Origin: Candidatus Aminicenantales bacterium
GTDB taxonomy: Bacteria > Acidobacteriota > Aminicenantia > Aminicenantales > UBA4085
Assembly: GCA_049515535.1 (NCBI GenBank)
Contig: JBEKTZ010000011.1
Location: forward strand, 1 to 64,000
Reading direction: 5' to 3'
DNA: 64,000 nt
The position numbers were made by a program, and so were the translations under genes. Every line of letters starts with the position of its first letter. Position 1 is the stretch's first letter. Positions 28,934 through 39,635 of this stretch are shown here, piece by piece. Below the pieces are notes generated by a model. That model was not told the DNA's origin. It ran no database searches and saw nothing but the letters and a program-made list of their open reading frames with translations.

Positions 28934-30064
28934 ATGAAGACAGGAACCATGAAGAAAGCCGCCGTCCTTGCGGCCTTCGCGATCCTCACGGCCAGCGGGC
29001 TGTCGGCCCAAACCCCGACGCCGCCGCCCCAGACCTTCAGCACGACGATTTACTTCGACTACAGTTTCTGGGCGACGAACAACGGCTATCTCACGAACAC
29101 GGATCCGGCGGTTAACATCAATCCACTCACCAATAAGTTCGCTTTCCGCCGGGCCTACTTCACCTACGAAAATAAGATCAGCGCCGACCTGAAGTTCCGT
29201 TTCCGCCTCGACGCCGACAACACGGGCCGTCTCACCGCGACATCCGGCACAAAGGACGACAGGCTGGTCCCCTTCGTCAAGCACATCTATCTCGACTGGG
29301 CCGGGCTTCTGCCCAATTCCAGCTTGAAGATAGGAATGACCGAGACCCTGGCCTTCAAAACGGCCGAGGACCGCTGGGGTCTCCGGAGTGTGGCCAAGAC
29401 GCTTGTCGACGGCTACAAGGACATCACCGGCGCCGATATCCGCGCCTCGAGCGCCGACCTGGGCGTCAACCTCACCGGCGCCATCACCAAGGAACTCCGC
29501 TACGGGGCCATGGTGATGAACGGCGAGGGCTACAGCCATCCCGAACTCAACAAGTATAAAAAGTTCGGCGGCTTCCTCCAGGTCGTGCCCATCCCCGGAT
29601 TGAACTTCTGGGGCTACGCGGAATACGAGAAGCTGAGCGACAAGCCCGAAGCCGCAAAGATGGTCAAGGCGGACTGCTATTTCGACATGATCCCCGGCCT
29701 GAACATCACCGGCGAATGGTTCAAATACAACAGCGACCAGAAATACAACAAGGTCCAGCAAGACGACGGGACCGGAACCGGAACCATGATCTCCGTCAAC
29801 AGACATTTCGACGTCAGCGGGTTCTCGATCTTCAGCACGTACAAGATCATCCCCGACACCCTCGCCATTTTCGCCCGCTACGACGGCTACCAGCCCGACT
29901 CCACCGACTCCGCTAAAAACTTGAGCCTGATCATCGCCGGCCTCGACTGGGCGCCCATCCACAGCAGCTGGAAGATCCAGCCCAACGTCTGGATCTACAA
30001 CTACAAGGACTCCGCGAAGAAGAGCGACGTCATCGTCAACGTGACGTTCTTCCTCTCCTTCTAA
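28934..30064 (+). CDS. Putative phosphate-regulated outer-membrane porin
   Basis: Signal peptide; FAFRRAYFTY, amphipathic strands and a C-terminal Phe; first gene of the pst operon. Confidence 0.78.
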   Translation: MKTGTMKKAAVLAAFAILTASGLSAQTPTPPPQTFSTTIYFDYSFWATNNGYLTNTDPAVNINPLTNKFAFRRAYFTYENKISADLKFRFRLDADNTGRLTATSGTKDDRLVPFVKHIYLDWAGLLPNSSLKIGMTETLAFKTAEDRWGLRSVAKTLVDGYKDITGADIRASSADLGVNLTGAITKELRYGAMVMNGEGYSHPELNKYKKFGGFLQVVPIPGLNFWGYAEYEKLSDKPEAAKMVKADCYFDMIPGLNITGEWFKYNSDQKYNKVQQDDGTGTGTMISVNRHFDVSGFSIFSTYKIIPDTLAIFARYDGYQPDSTDSAKNLSLIIAGLDWAPIHSSWKIQPNVWIYNYKDSAKKSDVIVNVTFFLSF

Positions 30065-30093
30065 CGATAAGAGATCAAACAAGGAGGCATAAA

Positions 30094-31011
30094 ATGTTTT
30101 ACGAGAAATTCAAAAAATGGATCGCCATCGCCGAGCTCGCGCTGGCCCTGGTCTTCGCCCCGATCCTGATCGCTCAGGGAAGGAAGATGATCCAGGTCAA
30201 GGGCTCGGACACCATGATCAATCTCGTCCAGATCCTGGCCGAGGAATACATGAACGCGAATCCCAAGGCGACGCCCATCGCCGTGCTCGGCGGCGGCTCC
30301 GGCACGGGGATCACGGCCCTGATCAACAGCACCTGCGACATCGCCGACCATTCCCGCGATTTCAACGTCAAGGAATTCAACCAGGCCTGGGAGCGCGGCG
30401 TCAAGCCGCGGGTCTTCGCCATCGCCGTGGACGGCCTGAGCATCGTCGTCAACGAGAAGAACCCTCTGAACCGGCTCACCATGGACCAGGTCGGCGCGAT
30501 CTATCGCGGCGACGTCAAAAACTGGAGAGCCTTCGGCGGACCGGCTATGCCGATCTCGCTCTACGGCCGGCAGTCCAACTCCGGCACCTACACCTTCCTC
30601 CAGGAACACGTCTTGAAGAACAAGAACTATTCCCCCGACGTGAAAGAGATGAACGGCAACGCCCAGATCATCGAGGGCGTGCTCGCCGACGAGGCCGGCG
30701 TCGGATACGTCGGCGTCGGCTATGTCGTCGACAAGGCGACGGGCAAACCCATGAAGGGCCTCAAGGTCCTCGATATTTCCAAGGACGAGAAGTCGGAAGC
30801 CACTTCGCCCATGGATAAAGAAGCCGTCGACACGGGAAAATATCCCATCGCCCGCGCTCTGTGGCAGTCGACCAACGGCAAGCCCGGCTCGGACGTCGCG
30901 GCCTTCATCCAGTTCGAGCTCGGCCCCGAAGGACAGAAGATCGTCGAAAGGGAAGGTTTTTACCCGCTCGGCGCCAAATATAACGAGGCGAACGCCAAAA
31001 ACCTCAAATGA
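30094..31011 (+). CDS. pstS: Phosphate ABC transporter substrate-binding protein
   Basis: KGSDT, GGGSGTGI, IAVDGL, GRQSNSGT, YPIAR. Confidence 0.93.
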   Translation: MFYEKFKKWIAIAELALALVFAPILIAQGRKMIQVKGSDTMINLVQILAEEYMNANPKATPIAVLGGGSGTGITALINSTCDIADHSRDFNVKEFNQAWERGVKPRVFAIAVDGLSIVVNEKNPLNRLTMDQVGAIYRGDVKNWRAFGGPAMPISLYGRQSNSGTYTFLQEHVLKNKNYSPDVKEMNGNAQIIEGVLADEAGVGYVGVGYVVDKATGKPMKGLKVLDISKDEKSEATSPMDKEAVDTGKYPIARALWQSTNGKPGSDVAAFIQFELGPEGQKIVEREGFYPLGAKYNEANAKNLK

Positions 31012-31025
31012 TTCCGCAGCCTTTG

Positions 31026-31056
31026 GCCGGGGAAGGGCGACGGCCCTTCCTCCGGC
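31026..31056 (+). terminator. Stem-loop between pstS and pstC (partial terminator or mRNA stabiliser)
   Basis: gccggggaagggc-gacg-gcccttcctccggc. Confidence 0.55.
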
Positions 31057-31110
31057 TCCTTCTTCAAACAGGCTGCGGGATCCGACGATATCAGGCTGCG
31101 GAAAACAACC

Positions 31111-32004
31111 ATGACGAAACGGAGACTGAGGAATATCAAGGAGTCCGCTCTCAAGGCGTTCTTTTTCGCCAACGGAATCATCGCGATTCTGGTGTTGCTC
31201 GGCATCTTCGCTTTATTGTTTTTTTCGGCCGTGCCGGCCTTCCGGGAAATCCGTCTCAAGGAATTCTTCACGAGCATCACCTGGGACCCCACGTCTCCCG
31301 TCAAGGCGGAATACGGCATTCTATCCATGATCGTCAGCACTCTCCTGGTCACGATCGGCGCGCTCGTCATCGCCCTCCCCATCGGTCTCGGCGTGGCCGC
31401 TTATCTTTCGGATGTGGCCCATTGGCGGGTGCGGGAAATCGTAAAGCCGATCGTCGAAATTCTGGCCGGTATCCCGTCGGTCGTCATCGGGTTTCTGGGG
31501 ATCGTCCTCTTCAGCCCTTTCATCGCCAAGGTTTTCGGCAGGTCCAACGGGCTGAACGCGATCAACGGCAGTTTGCTTTTGGCCGTCATGGCCTTGCCGA
31601 CGATCATCAGCATCTCCGAGGATTCCCTGAACGCCGTGCCCCCCGCTTACAGTGAGGCGTCCCTCGCCCTGGGGGGATCTCGCTGGCAGACGCTCATCCG
31701 AGTGAAGATCCCGGCCGCCCTGTCCGGCATCATCGCCGCGGTCATGCTCGGCATGGGCCGGGCGATCGGCGAGACGATGACCGTCCTGATGGCCACGGGG
31801 AACGCCCGGGCGTTTCCCCACGGCCTTTTGGACTCGGTCCGGACCATGACGTCCAACATCGCCATCGAGCTCGGCGAAGTTCCCTATTACACCCCGCATT
31901 ATTATGCCCTCTTCGCCATCGGGCTCGTCCTCTTTATCATGACGTTCTGCGTCAACCTCGTCGCCGATATTTTCTTGAAGAAGTATCAGGAGCGCGAACT
32001 ATGA
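31111..32004 (+). CDS. pstC: Phosphate ABC transporter permease
   Basis: LAGIPSVVIG, EASLALG, GRAIGETM. Confidence 0.93.
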   Translation: MTKRRLRNIKESALKAFFFANGIIAILVLLGIFALLFFSAVPAFREIRLKEFFTSITWDPTSPVKAEYGILSMIVSTLLVTIGALVIALPIGLGVAAYLSDVAHWRVREIVKPIVEILAGIPSVVIGFLGIVLFSPFIAKVFGRSNGLNAINGSLLLAVMALPTIISISEDSLNAVPPAYSEASLALGGSRWQTLIRVKIPAALSGIIAAVMLGMGRAIGETMTVLMATGNARAFPHGLLDSVRTMTSNIAIELGEVPYYTPHYYALFAIGLVLFIMTFCVNLVADIFLKKYQEREL

Positions 32005-32867
32005 GACACCGGCTGATGAAGAAAAAGAACGTCATTCAATTCTTCGGCTTCTTCGCCCTGAGGGGTTGTCTCTATCTCGTCCTGGCCGTGCTCCTGCTGT
32101 TCCTCTATGATATCGGGAAAAAAGGCGGCGGCGCCGTCAGCTGGGAGTTCTTGACCAAGGCGCCTCGCAAGGGCATGACCGAGGGAGGCATCTTCCCGGC
32201 CATCTTCGGGACTTTTTTGGTCACGCTCATCACCGCGATCATGGCCATCCCGCTGGGGACGTTCGCCGCGATTTATTTGAATGAATACGCCCGGCAAACC
32301 CGCCTGACCCGCCTCATCCGTCTCTCCATCCGGAACCTCTCGGGCGTTCCTTCGATCGTCTACGGCCTGTTCGGCGTCATCCTCTTCGTCAACATTTTCA
32401 AATTCGGAACGTCCCTCCTGTCGGCCGGATTGACGCTGGGGCTCATGACCCTGCCCTGGACCATCACGGCCGGAGAAGAGGCCCTCAAAACGGTCCCGAA
32501 TTCCTATCGGGAGGGGGCTCTGGCCCTCGGCGCGACCAAATGGCAGTCGATCCGGACGAACGTCCTTCCCTACGCTCTGCCCGGAATGTTGACGGGAACC
32601 GTGCTCGGACTGGCCCGGGCGGCCGGCGAGACGGCTCCGATCATGTTTACGGGAGCGGCGTTCTCTCTGCCGTTCCTGCCCAAATCGCTCAAAGACCAAT
32701 TCATGGCCCTTCCCTACCACCTCTACGTCATGGCCACGCAGCATCACGACATCCTCAAAGCTCGGCCGCTGGCTTATGGGACGGCCCTCGTTTTGATTGT
32801 TTTCGTCCTCGGCATAAACATGGCCGCGATCATTCTCCGCTACCGGCTGCGGCGCAAAAGGAGATGA
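32001..32867 (+). CDS. pstA: Phosphate ABC transporter permease
   Basis: AAIYLNEY, GVPSIVYGLFG, LARAAGETAP. Confidence 0.93.
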   Translation: MRHRLMKKKNVIQFFGFFALRGCLYLVLAVLLLFLYDIGKKGGGAVSWEFLTKAPRKGMTEGGIFPAIFGTFLVTLITAIMAIPLGTFAAIYLNEYARQTRLTRLIRLSIRNLSGVPSIVYGLFGVILFVNIFKFGTSLLSAGLTLGLMTLPWTITAGEEALKTVPNSYREGALALGATKWQSIRTNVLPYALPGMLTGTVLGLARAAGETAPIMFTGAAFSLPFLPKSLKDQFMALPYHLYVMATQHHDILKARPLAYGTALVLIVFVLGINMAAIILRYRLRRKRR

Positions 32868-32870
32868 GAG

Positions 32871-33635
32871 ATGCCCGCCCTCAAACCGAAAATCGAAGCC
32901 CGCGGCCTGAGTTTTTATTACGAAAGCAAGCTCGCCCTGAAAAACCTCCAAATTTCCTGCGCAGAGAAGCAGGTCACGGCTATCATCGGACCGTCCGGAT
33001 GCGGCAAATCGACGTTTATCCGCACCCTCAACAGGATGAATGACGTCGTGCCCGGGACGAAAATCGAAGGCCAGGTCCTCCTCGATGGAGACGACATCCG
33101 GTCTCCGAAAATCGACGTTGTCGAATTGCGGCGCCGGGTGGGGATGGTCTTCCAAAAACCCAATCCCTTTCCCAAGTCGATTTTCGACAACGTCGCCTAT
33201 GGCCTGCGGATCAACGGCCTGCGGAACAGGGACCGGCTCGAGCAAATCGTGGAAAAAAGCCTGAAAGAGGCGGCCCTCTGGGAGGAAGTCAAGAACCGGC
33301 TCGGAGAAAACGCCTTCGCCTTGTCCGGAGGGCAGCAGCAGCGCCTGTGCATCGCCAGGGCGCTGGCCGTGGAGCCCGAAGTGATCCTCTTCGACGAACC
33401 CTGCTCGGCCATCGACCCGATCGCCACGGCCAAGATCGAAGACCTCATCCAGAGGATGAAACAGCATTACACGATCGTGATCGTCACCCACAACATGCAG
33501 CAGGCCGCGCGCGTCTCGGATTACACCGCCTTTCTGATGTTGGGCGAGCTCGTGGAATTCGACGTCACGAAAAAAATCTTCACGGCCCCGGCCAACAAGC
33601 TCACGGAAGACTATATCACCGGCAGATTCGGTTGA
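32871..33635 (+). CDS. pstB: Phosphate ABC transporter ATP-binding protein
   Basis: [39 protein letters not shown]. Confidence 0.96.
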   Translation: MPALKPKIEARGLSFYYESKLALKNLQISCAEKQVTAIIGPSGCGKSTFIRTLNRMNDVVPGTKIEGQVLLDGDDIRSPKIDVVELRRRVGMVFQKPNPFPKSIFDNVAYGLRINGLRNRDRLEQIVEKSLKEAALWEEVKNRLGENAFALSGGQQQRLCIARALAVEPEVILFDEPCSAIDPIATAKIEDLIQRMKQHYTIVIVTHNMQQAARVSDYTAFLMLGELVEFDVTKKIFTAPANKLTEDYITGRFG

Positions 33636-33690
33636 GCGGCTCTCTTCTTTATCTATCCCCGCCGGCCGTTTTTGTTTATAATGAGTCCCG

Positions 33691-34398
33691 ATGATGACGG
33701 ACGAAATCAAGCTCCACGCAAAGCGCCGGATCGCGGTCGTCGAAGACGAGCCGGACATCGCCGGCCTGGTCGTCTCGCATCTGCGAAAAGAAGGGTTCTT
33801 CGCCGAGTCCTATTTGACGGCCGAAGCCTTTTTGGGATCTCTCCAAAGGCAGCTCCCTCATCTCGTTCTCCTCGACCTGATGCTGCCGGACGCCGACGGC
33901 CGCGACATTTGCCGGCTTCTTAAAAGCAAGGATGCCTGGAGATCGATTCCCATCATCATCGTCACCGCCAAGGGCGAAGAGACCGATCGGATTCTGGGCC
34001 TGGAGCTCGGAGCCGACGATTACGTCACGAAGCCTTATTCCCTGAAAGAGCTGGCGGCCCGCATCCGCGCCGTGTTGCGCCGGATGGAAGATCAGGCGGC
34101 GGTCAAGGTGATCGACATCGGCGGCCTCCTGACCATCGATCTGGACAAACACGAAGTCCGGAGCGGGGAGGGATTCCTCGATCTCACGACCACGGAATTC
34201 AATCTCCTGAGTCTCCTGGCCGCGAAAAAGGGCCGGGTCTTCACGCGGGATCAGATCCTGGATCATCTCTGGGGTCACGACAAGATCGTCCTGGACAGGA
34301 CGATCGACGTGCATATCAAAAACCTCCGGGAAAAACTGGGGCCGGCGGCCCGGTTCATTCAAAACATCAGGGGAGTCGGGTACAAGGTCGAAGAATGA
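33691..34398 (+). CDS. phoB: OmpR-family response regulator (PhoB/PhoP)
   Basis: Receiver domain LLDLMLP, GADDYVTKP; winged helix RTIDVHIKNLR; located after pstB. Confidence 0.82.
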   Translation: MMTDEIKLHAKRRIAVVEDEPDIAGLVVSHLRKEGFFAESYLTAEAFLGSLQRQLPHLVLLDLMLPDADGRDICRLLKSKDAWRSIPIIIVTAKGEETDRILGLELGADDYVTKPYSLKELAARIRAVLRRMEDQAAVKVIDIGGLLTIDLDKHEVRSGEGFLDLTTTEFNLLSLLAAKKGRVFTRDQILDHLWGHDKIVLDRTIDVHIKNLREKLGPAARFIQNIRGVGYKVEE

Positions 34399-36140
34399 AA
34401 AAATCCATTTTTTTTAAGGTTTTCGGCGGTTACGCGCTCATCATCCTCGTCATGAGCGCCCTGCTCCTCGTCTTTTCCTTGGCGAAGATTCGGACCCACT
34501 ACCAGAACACGCTCGCCGCCGAGCTCGAAAATCTGGGCCGGGCCCTGAGCGCCGACGTCCTGCCGCTCCTGGAAAACGGCCGAGCGAACGATATGGACGT
34601 CATTCTCAAGAAAAAAGCGAAGGACATCAACGCCCGCATCACGGTGATCGATCCTCAGGGGACCGTCCTGGCCGATTCGGAAAAAGATCCCGCCCTCATG
34701 GAAAACCACATGTACCGGCCCGAGGTGATGGAAGCCCTGACGGGAAAGATCGCCCGGTCGCTCCGCCACAGCGTCACCGTCGAGGCGAACATGTTGTACA
34801 TGGGGATGCCGCTCGTCAAAGACGGGCGCATTCTGGGCGTGCTGCGGCTCAGCCTCTATATGAAAGACATCGACGCCCTGCTTCACGGCTTGCGCGCTTC
34901 GATCGGGCGCGTCGTGCTGATCATGGCCGTCGCCGCCCTGTTATTGGCCCTGCTGATTTCCTTTCATTTCACCCGGCCCATCTTCAAACTGGCGAAAGCG
35001 GCGCGTCAGGTCGCCGGCGGAGATTTCGAAACGAACGTCGCGATCCGGCACAAGGACGAATTTCGCGAACTCGGCGCGGCCTTCAACCTGATGACGGTCA
35101 GGATCCGCGAGCTGTTCGACGACGCGTCGCGGCAGAAAGAAGGCCTGGCCAACGTCATATCCTCGATCCGCGAGGCGGTGCTGGTCGTCGATAAGCAAGG
35201 CCTGGTGGTCTTGGCCAACGACGGCATGAAAGCGCTGATCAAGGAAAACGCCCCGGAAGGAAAATCCTACTGGGAAGTGGTCCGGAAGCCCAAAATTCAC
35301 GAATTCATCGGCCGGACGCAGGCCGGAGGCGGCCCGGTGTGCGATGAAATCCGCCTTGACGACAAATATTATCTGGCCTCGGCGGCCATGCTCGACCGCC
35401 AGGGCGGTGTGGTCCTCACCCTCCATGATCTCACGGATCTCAAAAAGGTCGCCGCCTTGAAAAAAGATTTCGTCATCAACGCCTCGCACGAGCTCCGGAC
35501 GCCGTTGGCCGCCATCCTCGGCGCCGTCGAGACGATGGAGGAAGACGGCGCCTGCATGGACGGGGCGGTCCTGGACATATTGAAAAGGCATGCCGCGCGC
35601 CTCAAGAACATCATCGAAGATCTTTTGAAGCTGTCCGAGCTCGAGGACAAAGGCTTCAAATTGGACGTCAAGGACGTCGATATCAAGCGCTTGGCCGAAA
35701 ACGTTCTACAGCTTTTTTCCGCACGTATCAAGGATAAAGGGCTCGCCGCGGAAGTCAGGGCGTCCGGCGGCCTGCCGCTCGTGAAGGCCGACCCCTACCA
35801 GATCGAGCAGATGCTGATCAACCTGGTGGATAACGCCGTGAAATTCACCGAGAAAGGCCGGATCGTGATTTCCCTGCGGGCGGAACCCCATGAATTCGTC
35901 ATCGCCGTCGAAGATACGGGACCCGGGATTCCCGCCGAACATCTCCCGCGCCTGTTCGAACGGTTCTACGTCGTGGATAAATCCCGCTCGCGGAAGCTCG
36001 GCGGAACGGGATTGGGGCTGGCCATCGTCAAACATATCGTCCTCATCCACAACGGGACGATCGCGGTCGCGAGCGAAGAAGGAAAAGGGACGATATTCAC
36101 GATCAAGCTGCCTCTTTATGCCGTGTCCCTCTCCTCGTGA
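34395..36140 (+). CDS. phoR: Sensor histidine kinase (PhoR-like)
   Basis: Two TM segments, HAMP, PAS, SHELRTPL, NLVDNAVK, FERFY.VDKSRSR..GGTGLGL. Confidence 0.85.
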   Translation: MKKSIFFKVFGGYALIILVMSALLLVFSLAKIRTHYQNTLAAELENLGRALSADVLPLLENGRANDMDVILKKKAKDINARITVIDPQGTVLADSEKDPALMENHMYRPEVMEALTGKIARSLRHSVTVEANMLYMGMPLVKDGRILGVLRLSLYMKDIDALLHGLRASIGRVVLIMAVAALLLALLISFHFTRPIFKLAKAARQVAGGDFETNVAIRHKDEFRELGAAFNLMTVRIRELFDDASRQKEGLANVISSIREAVLVVDKQGLVVLANDGMKALIKENAPEGKSYWEVVRKPKIHEFIGRTQAGGGPVCDEIRLDDKYYLASAAMLDRQGGVVLTLHDLTDLKKVAALKKDFVINASHELRTPLAAILGAVETMEEDGACMDGAVLDILKRHAARLKNIIEDLLKLSELEDKGFKLDVKDVDIKRLAENVLQLFSARIKDKGLAAEVRASGGLPLVKADPYQIEQMLINLVDNAVKFTEKGRIVISLRAEPHEFVIAVEDTGPGIPAEHLPRLFERFYVVDKSRSRKLGGTGLGLAIVKHIVLIHNGTIAVASEEGKGTIFTIKLPLYAVSLSS

Positions 36141-36150
36141 ATTTTATACG

Positions 36151-36250
36151 TTCGACGGCGCAAAACCCCGATTTTTAAATCGGGGTAAAAGCGCCGCTCA
36201 GTATTAACCCTGAATATACCCCGGGCTTCAGCCCGGGGAGTCGAATGGGT
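36151..36250. repeat. REP/MITE-like double-hairpin element between convergent genes
   Basis: Hairpins accccgattt/aaatcggggt (inside cggcgc/gcgccg) and ccccgggct/agcccgggg; terminal ttcgac/gtcgaa. Confidence 0.6.
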
Positions 36251-37477
36251 TTATTTTTTGAGAGCGTTCTTGATCGCTTCGATCCCGACGCCCAGCACCT
36301 GTTGGGCGATCCCGTCGAGCGCTTTTTCTTCACCCTGGAAGTGCATGGTCGTATGGACGTGGGCCAGCGTCCCACCCGGCTTGATCGCGGCCGCGGCCGA
36401 CGAGGATTCCAGCTCGTAGAACGGCCCGAGCGGTTTGGCGCCGGGCGAGGCGGGCCCGTCGTTATAGCTGTTCACGACATCGCCGCCGAACGGTTCCTTC
36501 TGAATCTCCCACATCGAATTGACGTAATCCATCGCGCCTTCGGGAATCGTCAGGTGGACAAGGGTCAATACGCGGTTCGCCGCGTCGTAACTCCCCGCGA
36601 ACGGCTTGACGCGCCGCGGCGAAAGGCCGATCTTGCTCCGGTACCGGCCGTCGCCGCTGAAGAACAGAACGCCGTCTTTTATGACCAGGCGGTCCGCCGG
36701 GACTTTTCCGAAATAGGCGTCGTTGACGATCGGACCGAGCTCGGCTTCGGGGCCTGACTTGAAAGGAACGACGATGGTCGTTTCCGGCGACGGGTTGAAC
36801 ATGCCCAGAATCCAGATCGAGAGCAACCCCTTCTCTTTCGTCCAGGCGTTCTTGCCGGCGTTCGCGATTTCGTTCCCGGACTGATACGCGACGAACTTGA
36901 CGCCCGCGGGAACGGGAACGCCGAGGGCGAGGACCTGGTTCGCCGAAAGCAGCCGGATTTCCCGGTTCAATTCGAGGTCAAACGCGGTCCCGGAATAGTT
37001 CACCAGATGAATGGACTTCTTGAAACGGATCCGGTCCTTGTCCCTGGAGACGACGTCGTAGGCTCCTTCGTTGATCGGCGGCGGCGTGAACCAATTGTCC
37101 AGGTTGAACGGCGCGCCCTTCTTGAAAAAGAGGGAAAACTGCCCGCCTTCGGGACCCAGCCAGAACCGGTCTTCGCCGCCGAACGCGTTCATATGGGCGT
37201 TGTTCTGTTTCGAGGCGAGGAGCTCGCGGTTGATCCAACCGAAGCTCAATCCTTCCGGCCCTCCGGCCGTGCTCGTCATCACCCGCCCCTGCAAATCCGG
37301 ATTGACCGCGACCTGGGCCTGCCCGCCCTCGTCGGAGAGCACGACGACCCCGCTGTTCCGCTTCAAAAAGGCGACGTCGTCTTTGAACAAAATCCCTTTC
37401 GCCGCCTCTTTCTCCGTCTTAGCGCAACCGGCCATGACGGCCAAGACAATGATGAGCGTCCCCACGGAATGTTTCAT
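36251..37477 (-). CDS. Conserved lipoprotein (DUF6786-like)
   Basis: Lipobox MAGC; QGRVMTS, GGEDRFWLGPEGGQF, FYELESSS. Confidence 0.75.
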   Translation of the reverse strand: MKHSVGTLIIVLAVMAGCAKTEKEAAKGILFKDDVAFLKRNSGVVVLSDEGGQAQVAVNPDLQGRVMTSTAGGPEGLSFGWINRELLASKQNNAHMNAFGGEDRFWLGPEGGQFSLFFKKGAPFNLDNWFTPPPINEGAYDVVSRDKDRIRFKKSIHLVNYSGTAFDLELNREIRLLSANQVLALGVPVPAGVKFVAYQSGNEIANAGKNAWTKEKGLLSIWILGMFNPSPETTIVVPFKSGPEAELGPIVNDAYFGKVPADRLVIKDGVLFFSGDGRYRSKIGLSPRRVKPFAGSYDAANRVLTLVHLTIPEGAMDYVNSMWEIQKEPFGGDVVNSYNDGPASPGAKPLGPFYELESSSAAAAIKPGGTLAHVHTTMHFQGEEKALDGIAQQVLGVGIEAIKNALKK

Positions 37478-37492
37478 ATCGCCTCCTTGCTC

Positions 37493-39601
37493 TTACTTTT
37501 TCGGCCCGTCGCCCGCCCACTTTTTCGCCAGCTCCGGGTCGGCCAGCATCTTGACCAGAATTCCGCCGACAACCGGCCGCGCTTGGAACCCCGCCTGTCG
37601 TCCGTTGTTCGTCCAATACCAGTCCGTGAGAGGGACGCGGTCCGTCGTCTTGTTCAGCCAATCGAAAACCGGATCGATCAACGCGGCGAAATCTTCGGCC
37701 GCATCGGCCAGGGTCGCGGTCCACAGAACCCAGTCGAGCTTAGTATATTCTTTCCGGTTGTCGAGCGGCAGCCCGAAAGCGAGCTGAGTTTTCTTATAAA
37801 ACGCCGTCTCCTTGCGCGCGACACCGGGCGGAAAAAGGCCGAAGCCGAGGATCTTGTCCCAGACAAGATTGTATTTCTGGCTCCACGTCCCCGGCTTGTC
37901 GAAGGCCAGCCGGTAATGGTCGCCGTCGTCCGCTTTCATGATCCATTGCCCGGCGAAATCCGCCGCGATTTTTTTGTAAATTCGGGCATCTTCTTTTTTC
38001 CCGGTCCTATCGCAGAGGTAAGCGTAAGCCCGCAGGGCGAGAATGGCCTTGATCGAGAGATTGGCGTTGTGCGCCAGATGTCCGGCGAAATCGTCGGTGC
38101 AGAGCTGGTTCTCGGGATCGAACCCTTTGTCCTTCAAATATTCCGCCCATCGCCGGAGCTGCGGCCAATATTTCTCGGCGTAATCGGGCTTGTTCTCGAT
38201 TTTCACGAGCGCCGCCGTCATCAGCAGCATATTGCCGCTCTCCTCGACGGGCATCTGGTTTTCCTCGGTCTTGGCCCCTCCCCCATAAACCTGGCCGTCG
38301 GCTTTCGGATACGTGCCCAGATCGTGAGGGGCGAACGGAAACGTCCATTCCGTCCCCCGCGCGTATTCGAAAACGGGCCTCATGAGCGCGCGCATCAGCG
38401 CCGGGCTCATGAAAAGATACATGGGCGCCTCGGGATAGATAACGTCCACCGTCGAGATGCAGCCGTTGCTGAAATTTTCCTTCGGGAAAAAGAGCGGCGT
38501 GCCGTCGATATCGACGGCCAGCTTGTGAGCGGCGAGCGACTGGCGGTAAGCGAGCGTGGCGAGGGCGGCGTATTTGTCGCCTCCCGCTTTTTTCATATCG
38601 GCGACGAGATCCTCATCGAAGGCGCGGCAGCGCTTCGTCAGCGCCTCATAATCCCTGGCGGCCGCTTCGAGAAGATCGGCCGCTTCCCAGCCGCCCCGCC
38701 GCCAATAAGGCCGCAGCTTGCGATAAAAATACTCGATGGAAAAAACGTCGTCATAGGCCAGCAGCACGCGCCGGGAGACGGCGCTTTCGCCGACGGCGCC
38801 GAGGTCGAACGCGGCCGCGGCCGTCGGATATCCTTCGGATACCGCGCGCGGCTGCCGCAGATCGTCGCGCGCCGGGAGTTTCCCGTTTTGGATGAAGCTA
38901 TCGCGATTATCCCGGGCGCCGGCGAGGCACGTCGCCGTTTTCTCCTGCGCGGGCAGACCGAGATAGAAAAAGCCCCAGTCGATGCGCAGATCGTCTCCTT
39001 TTCTCTCGAGAATGGCCTGCTGCTGGGTCCCGAAGGACAGCGCTTCGAGGCCGTCGAGCTTGAAACGCGACCAGACGACTTTCTGATCCGGGGTGTTCAC
39101 GGCGAGCTCGCTCGAGGCGTCGAAATAAAGGGCGACGGCGTGGGTCCGGCCGTCCGTCGCGCGGACATCGAAAGTCAGATACGTCACCGGCCGGGCGAGA
39201 ATATCCAAATCATGCGCCAGCAGCGGCGAAAGAAACGTCAGCGTCAGTTCGACGCCGGCCTCGCGGAAAACGTAAATCGTCCGCGTCGGAAAGACCCGGC
39301 ATTCCGCCTGGGTCATGGCCGGAACGCGGCGCGGGTCCCGGCCCATCACGCGATAGGGCGAGCCGTCCACGCGGACCATGGCCATCATCGGCTGCGGCTT
39401 TCCGGTCCAATGCCTGGTCCAGTCGTCCGTCAGCTTGTCGCTCATCGACCAGATGCTGAAATAGGGGTCATGCGTGACGAGCGGGACGGCGGGCGGCCGG
39501 AACGGCGAGTCCGTCCGAACCCCGCTTTGGGCCGCGAGAGCGGCGGATAAAAAGAGCAAAAAGCCAAGCCAGGAAATGAGATGTGAGACGCGGCGGGCCA
39601 T
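37493..39601 (-). CDS. Glutaminase A-like / DUF4965-DUF5127 (alpha/alpha)6 protein
   Basis: RPPAVPLVTHDPYFSIWS, KENFSNG..STVDV, APHDLGTYP, MPVEESGNM, QLCTDDFAG. Confidence 0.85.
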   Translation of the reverse strand: MARRVSHLISWLGFLLFLSAALAAQSGVRTDSPFRPPAVPLVTHDPYFSIWSMSDKLTDDWTRHWTGKPQPMMAMVRVDGSPYRVMGRDPRRVPAMTQAECRVFPTRTIYVFREAGVELTLTFLSPLLAHDLDILARPVTYLTFDVRATDGRTHAVALYFDASSELAVNTPDQKVVWSRFKLDGLEALSFGTQQQAILERKGDDLRIDWGFFYLGLPAQEKTATCLAGARDNRDSFIQNGKLPARDDLRQPRAVSEGYPTAAAAFDLGAVGESAVSRRVLLAYDDVFSIEYFYRKLRPYWRRGGWEAADLLEAAARDYEALTKRCRAFDEDLVADMKKAGGDKYAALATLAYRQSLAAHKLAVDIDGTPLFFPKENFSNGCISTVDVIYPEAPMYLFMSPALMRALMRPVFEYARGTEWTFPFAPHDLGTYPKADGQVYGGGAKTEENQMPVEESGNMLLMTAALVKIENKPDYAEKYWPQLRRWAEYLKDKGFDPENQLCTDDFAGHLAHNANLSIKAILALRAYAYLCDRTGKKEDARIYKKIAADFAGQWIMKADDGDHYRLAFDKPGTWSQKYNLVWDKILGFGLFPPGVARKETAFYKKTQLAFGLPLDNRKEYTKLDWVLWTATLADAAEDFAALIDPVFDWLNKTTDRVPLTDWYWTNNGRQAGFQARPVVGGILVKMLADPELAKKWAGDGPKK

Positions 39602-39635
39602 GTGAACCTCCCGAAAAAACCGGCGATCCGTATCT

